From: an uncultured Alphaproteobacteria bacterium | GTDB taxonomy: Bacteria > Pseudomonadota > Alphaproteobacteria > Methylaequorales > Methylaequoraceae | DNA: 64,000 bases | Reading direction: 5' to 3' | Assembly (NCBI GenBank): GCA_902536655.1 | Contig: CACAYF010000005.1 | Location: 5,790-69,789, forward strand | Shown here: positions 60,092 through 64,000 of the stretch, one piece after another | Numbering within the stretch: the stretch's first letter is position 1 | How the letters are laid out: each line of letters begins with the position of its first letter | Program-made: the position numbers and the translations under genes | The notes under the pieces: model-generated | Seen by the model: only the letters and a program-made list of their open reading frames with translations | The model's database searches: none | What the model was told of the DNA's origin: nothing

Positions 60092-60692
60092 TTTTGATTT
60101 TTTCTAATAAGTCTTTTATTGGGAACCCTAAAATCGTTTCTATATCTCCGTTAATAATACTTATAAAGTTGTACTTTGAGTTTTCCTCTATCTTATATGA
60201 TCCGACTGTTGTTAAAACTGTTTTCTTATTTGCTTTTATATATGATTCTATCTCTTTCTGTGACAAATCTGCAAAAAACAAAGAAGCAACTTTGACTTTT
60301 TGGAAGTAAAATCTTTGTTTATGAACTACATATATTGAACTATACAATTTATGAACTTTGTTTTTAAGAAATAATAACTTTTTTTTTGCTGCTTCGAGTG
60401 TTTTTGGCTTACTCCAAATTTTCTTTTCACATACTAAAATTTGATCAGACGCAATTATCATTTCTTCTCCAAAGTCTTTCACAACCGATAGTGCTTTTTC
60501 TTTTGCTATTTTGAGAACAACCGTTTCGGGTTCTGCTTCGTTTATTTTAAATTTCTCTTCATCAATTTTATGAGGAACCCTTTGAACATTTGTAAAATGC
60601 TTTTTTAACTTTTCGTTTCTAATTTCACTTTCGGAAGCAAGAATAACTTTAGTAAATTTTGTGTATTGTTTCCTATTATTAAGTTCTTCCAT
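60081..60692 (-). CDS. maf: Maf-like nucleotide pyrophosphatase
   Basis: ILASESEIR ... IDE ... Maf family. 203 aa. Confidence 0.7.
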   Translation of the reverse strand: MEELNNRKQYTKFTKVILASESEIRNEKLKKHFTNVQRVPHKIDEEKFKINEAEPETVVLKIAKEKALSVVKDFGEEMIIASDQILVCEKKIWSKPKTLEAAKKKLLFLKNKVHKLYSSIYVVHKQRFYFQKVKVASLFFADLSQKEIESYIKANKKTVLTTVGSYKIEENSKYNFISIINGDIETILGFPIKDLLEKIKNEE

Positions 60693-60947
60693 CTTTTTTT
60701 CTTTTTTTTCTCAATTTTGCCCACACGAAAGTTTTGTGGATGTTTTTTTAACATTATTATACACACTATTCTTATTTGTTTTTCCACTAATTTCATCGTT
60801 TTTTCTGGAGCATCTGTCTTTTCTATAACATTTTGTTAACAAACTTAATACTTCATTTCCTGTTAGTTTTCTGTTAATAAAGTTTATCCACATTATTAGA
60901 CGGACAACAACAACAACAACCTTTTAATAGATAAATATTAGTAGTAG

Positions 60948-61952
60948 ATGAAAAATGTTAGTAAAGTTCCTATCTGGTTCATGCGACAAGCAGGAAGATA
61001 TCTTCCTGAATACATGAAAATCCGATCAAAGAACTCTGATTTCCTTCAACTCTGTTTTAATCCTGAGCTTGCCTCAGAGATCTCACTTCAACCAATAAAA
61101 AGATTCGATCTTGATTTTATAATCCTTTTTTCTGATATTCTTGTAATTCCTCATGCGTTAGGACAAAACGTAGACTTTTTAAAAAACCATGGACCCTCTT
61201 TAAATAGCATCAACTCAAAAAACGATATTAATTATATGGATTTCAATAAATGTTTACGCAAAATTTCTAATATTTTTGAAACCATTAAAATACTGCACGC
61301 AAAAAAAGGAAACAAAAATCTAATTGGTTTTTGTGGGGGACCATTTACCGTTTTAAATTACATGATAGAAGGAGGTACTTCAAAAACTCACAGTAAAATA
61401 AAAAAATTTGTAAAAGATAACAAGAACGAAGCATCAGATCTAATGAAGATTATAACAGAACTGTCAATTGAATATTTGAAAAAGCAAATAGAAAGTGGTG
61501 CAAACTATATTCAAATCTTTGAATCATGGGCGGGACTTTTAGAAAGAGACGAATATATTGATTTTATTGTAAAACCAAATCAACAAATTAGCGAAGAGAT
61601 AAAAGAGTTTTCAAAAGATACTAAAATAATTCATTTTCCAAGAGGTTCACGGAAAGATTATAAGATCTTTGCGGAAGAAGTTAAATGTGATGTATTGTCT
61701 TTAGATCTAACCTATCCAAAAGAATTGCCTAGCATCCTCAGAGAAAAAGGAATAACGGTTCAGGGAAATTTAGATCCGCAAGAACTTCTAAATGATGGCG
61801 AACGGGTAGAAGAAAAAACGAAAGAAGTTTTAGACAAATTCAAAAAAAATAACCATATTTTTAATTTATCTCACGGGATTTTACCGAAAACAAAAATAAG
61901 CAACATTGAGAAAGTAATAAAAGTAGTCAGAGATTATGAAACTTCCAAATAA
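60948..61952 (+). CDS. hemE: uroporphyrinogen decarboxylase
   Basis: PIWFMRQAGRYLPEY N-terminal signature. Confidence 0.9.
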   Translation: MKNVSKVPIWFMRQAGRYLPEYMKIRSKNSDFLQLCFNPELASEISLQPIKRFDLDFIILFSDILVIPHALGQNVDFLKNHGPSLNSINSKNDINYMDFNKCLRKISNIFETIKILHAKKGNKNLIGFCGGPFTVLNYMIEGGTSKTHSKIKKFVKDNKNEASDLMKIITELSIEYLKKQIESGANYIQIFESWAGLLERDEYIDFIVKPNQQISEEIKEFSKDTKIIHFPRGSRKDYKIFAEEVKCDVLSLDLTYPKELPSILREKGITVQGNLDPQELLNDGERVEEKTKEVLDKFKKNNHIFNLSHGILPKTKISNIEKVIKVVRDYETSK

Positions 61953-62946
61953 ACACCCACGACTTCCACAAAGAAAGACAGGAGTGCTCTTGATAAATCT
62001 AGGAACACCAGACTCAACAAAGTGGTGGGATATAAGAAAATACCTAAAGGAATTTTTATCAGATAAGAGAGTTATAGAAGTGAACCCAATCCTATGGCAG
62101 CTAATTTTAAATATCTTCATCTTAACATTTAGGCCAGCAAAAACTGCGAAAGCCTATCAGAAGATTTGGATGAAGAAGCAAAACATGTCCCCATTAAGAT
62201 ACTTTACTAAAAAGCAAACAACAAACTTACAAAAAAGAATGAAGAGTAAGTCTATAGAAATAGATTACGCAATGAGATATGGAAATCCGGCGATAGCCAA
62301 AAAAGTATCTGAATTAAAAGAAAAAGGTTGTCAAGAAATGATAATATTACCTTTATATCCTCAATATGCAGCAGCAACAACAGCAACAGTGTGTGATGAA
62401 GTTTATAGAACACTGATGAAGATGCGATGGCAACCCAGTCTACAGGTAATTCCTCATTACGAATCAGAACCTTTATATATAAAAGCATTGGCGGGAAGTA
62501 TAAAGAAAACACTGAGGGAAATTGATTGGACGCCGGATGTTATTGTGGCCTCATATCATGGAGTCCCTAAAAAATATTTTGAAAAGGGGGATCCGTATCA
62601 TTGTTATTGCCAGAAAACAACACGTTTATTGGTTGAGCACATGAAAATAGATATACCAATAGTTACAACGTTTCAATCCCGATTTGGACCAGACGAATGG
62701 CTAAAACCATATACAGACGAAACCATTGATAACTTGCCCAAAGAAGGAAAAAAGAAAATTCTTGTAATATGTCCAGGATTTGCCTCTGATTGTGTAGAAA
62801 CGCTGGAAGAAATATCGATAGAAGCAAAGGAGAGTTTCATGGAAAATGGTGGAGAAAAATTCATAACAGTACCGTGTTTAAATCATAATAAAGAACACAT
62901 AGATTTATTGGAATATTTGGTTAAAAAACATTTAATTAAGAGATAA
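61936..62946 (+). CDS. hemH: ferrochelatase
   Basis: KTGVLLINLGTPDS ... ASYHGVP ... motifs. Confidence 0.9.
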   Translation: MKLPNKHPRLPQRKTGVLLINLGTPDSTKWWDIRKYLKEFLSDKRVIEVNPILWQLILNIFILTFRPAKTAKAYQKIWMKKQNMSPLRYFTKKQTTNLQKRMKSKSIEIDYAMRYGNPAIAKKVSELKEKGCQEMIILPLYPQYAAATTATVCDEVYRTLMKMRWQPSLQVIPHYESEPLYIKALAGSIKKTLREIDWTPDVIVASYHGVPKKYFEKGDPYHCYCQKTTRLLVEHMKIDIPIVTTFQSRFGPDEWLKPYTDETIDNLPKEGKKKILVICPGFASDCVETLEEISIEAKESFMENGGEKFITVPCLNHNKEHIDLLEYLVKKHLIKR

Positions 62947-62948
62947 AA

Positions 62949-63386
62949 GTGGAAATAAACTACTACAATTTGTTTAAATTTTTACACATTGTTTTCTTCA
63001 CAACATGGATGGCAGGTTTATTTTACTTGCCAAGACTTTATGTCTATCACTCAGGGACCAAAAGCAATTCCACAGAATATCGTATATTCTTAACAATGGA
63101 AAAAAAACTGATGAAGTACATAATGAATCCATCAATGATTTTAACATGGGTTTTCGGCGTATTACTAGTTTTGCACTTAGAGAATCACAATCAGTTTTGG
63201 TTAAATCTAAAGTTTGTTTTGGTCTTTCTAATGTCAGTTTTTCATATGTACTGTGCAAAAATACGAAAAAATTTCGAAAACAAATTAAATACGAAAGATG
63301 AAAAATTTTTTAGATGGATCAATGAAGTCCCCACAATCCTTTTTTTACTAATTGTATTTCTAGTGGTTTTTCAACCAAATATTTGA
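62949..63386 (+). CDS. hemJ: protoporphyrinogen IX oxidase HemJ
   Basis: FKFLHIVFFTTWMAGLFYLPRLYVYH matches the HemJ/UPF0093 signature. Follows hemH. Confidence 0.75.
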   Translation: MEINYYNLFKFLHIVFFTTWMAGLFYLPRLYVYHSGTKSNSTEYRIFLTMEKKLMKYIMNPSMILTWVFGVLLVLHLENHNQFWLNLKFVLVFLMSVFHMYCAKIRKNFENKLNTKDEKFFRWINEVPTILFLLIVFLVVFQPNI

Positions 63387-63439
63387 CAATGTAATTGTAA
63401 TGAAATATAAATAATTTTCTCCAGATTTCCCAGATTCAC

Positions 63440-64000
63440 ATGCACTTAAAAGACCTTAAATCAAAAACGCCATCTGATTTATTAAAAATAGCAGAAGACT
63501 TAAAAATAGAAAATGCTGGAACCTTGAGAAAACAAGACATGATTTTCTCGATATTGAAGCAGATGGCATTAAATAATGATGCTATCTATGGAGAAGGAGT
63601 TTTAGAAATACTACAAGATGGTTTTGGATTTCTTAGATCACCCGATGCAAACTATTTGCCAGGACCAGATGATATTTACGTTTCTCCCTCACAAATCAAA
63701 CAGAACAGCCTCAGAACAGGTGATACAGTAGAGGGAGAAATGCGCGCCCCAAGAGAAACAGAAAGATATTTTGCGATAACCAAAATAGATAAAATAAACT
63801 TTGAGGAAATTCAAAAAACTAAACAAAGAATAAATTTCGATAATTTAACTCCCCTATACCCCGAGGACCAATTAAACATGGAAATAGATGATCCAACCGT
63901 AAAAGATACGACAAACAGGGTTATGGACTTAATTACTCCATTAGGAAAAGGTCAGAGAGCTTTAATTGTTGCGCCGCCTCGTACCGGCAAGACAGTTATG
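63440..64000 (+). CDS. rho: transcription termination factor Rho (5' part, truncated by window edge)
   Basis: N-terminal Rho_N ([13 protein letters not shown]), cold-shock-like RNA-binding domain ([14 protein letters not shown]) and the start of the ATPase domain. Confidence 0.9.
   Translation, partial: MHLKDLKSKTPSDLLKIAEDLKIENAGTLRKQDMIFSILKQMALNNDAIYGEGVLEILQDGFGFLRSPDANYLPGPDDIYVSPSQIKQNSLRTGDTVEGEMRAPRETERYFAITKIDKINFEEIQKTKQRINFDNLTPLYPEDQLNMEIDDPTVKDTTNRVMDLITPLGKGQRALIVAPPRTGKTVM

Noticed and set aside
60605-60893. Two small minus-strand ORFs in the maf/hemE divergent region
   Set aside because: Lys-rich low-complexity translations of poly-A/T tracts that overlap the maf N-terminus. 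More likely promoter DNA.
1-64000. Mobile elements, CRISPR arrays, rRNA or tRNA genes
   Set aside because: No transposase, integrase or recombinase-like ORFs. No regularly spaced direct repeats. No GC-rich cloverleaf-capable segments. The window appears to be core chromosome.

Overview
This 64 kb window is AT-rich (roughly 30% GC by eye) and very gene-dense, with short or overlapping intergenic spacers and K/N/I-rich proteins. Gene content and order look like alphaproteobacterial core chromosome: infB-nusA, miaB-ybeZ-ybeY-corC-lnt, olsB-olsA, glnD-mutS, a Pho locus (phoR ... pstSCAB-phoU-phoB), hrcA-grpE / dnaK-dnaJ, leuS-lptE-holA, hemE-hemH-hemJ and rho. I infer a streamlined marine alphaproteobacterium, possibly SAR11-like. 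I see no transposase or integrase, CRISPR array, rRNA, or convincing tRNA. Five places do not look like ordinary core genome. First, the Pho locus is split by two slightly GC-richer genes: a phosphate-selective OprO/OprP-type porin and a formaldehyde-activating-enzyme (Fae)-like protein. The porin is interrupted by a single-base frameshift at a G5 tract. Second, tandem Pho-box-like direct repeats lie upstream of both pstS and the porin, and they share a TGTAACAATT core. Third, a GT2-GT9 fusion glycosyltransferase sits immediately downstream of phoB. Fourth, about 730 bp of non-coding DNA sits between grpE and dnaK, which is very large for this genome. Fifth, there are several slippage-prone homopolymer or CAA-repeat tracts. 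All calls come from reading the sequence and the ORF translations; I ran no database searches.
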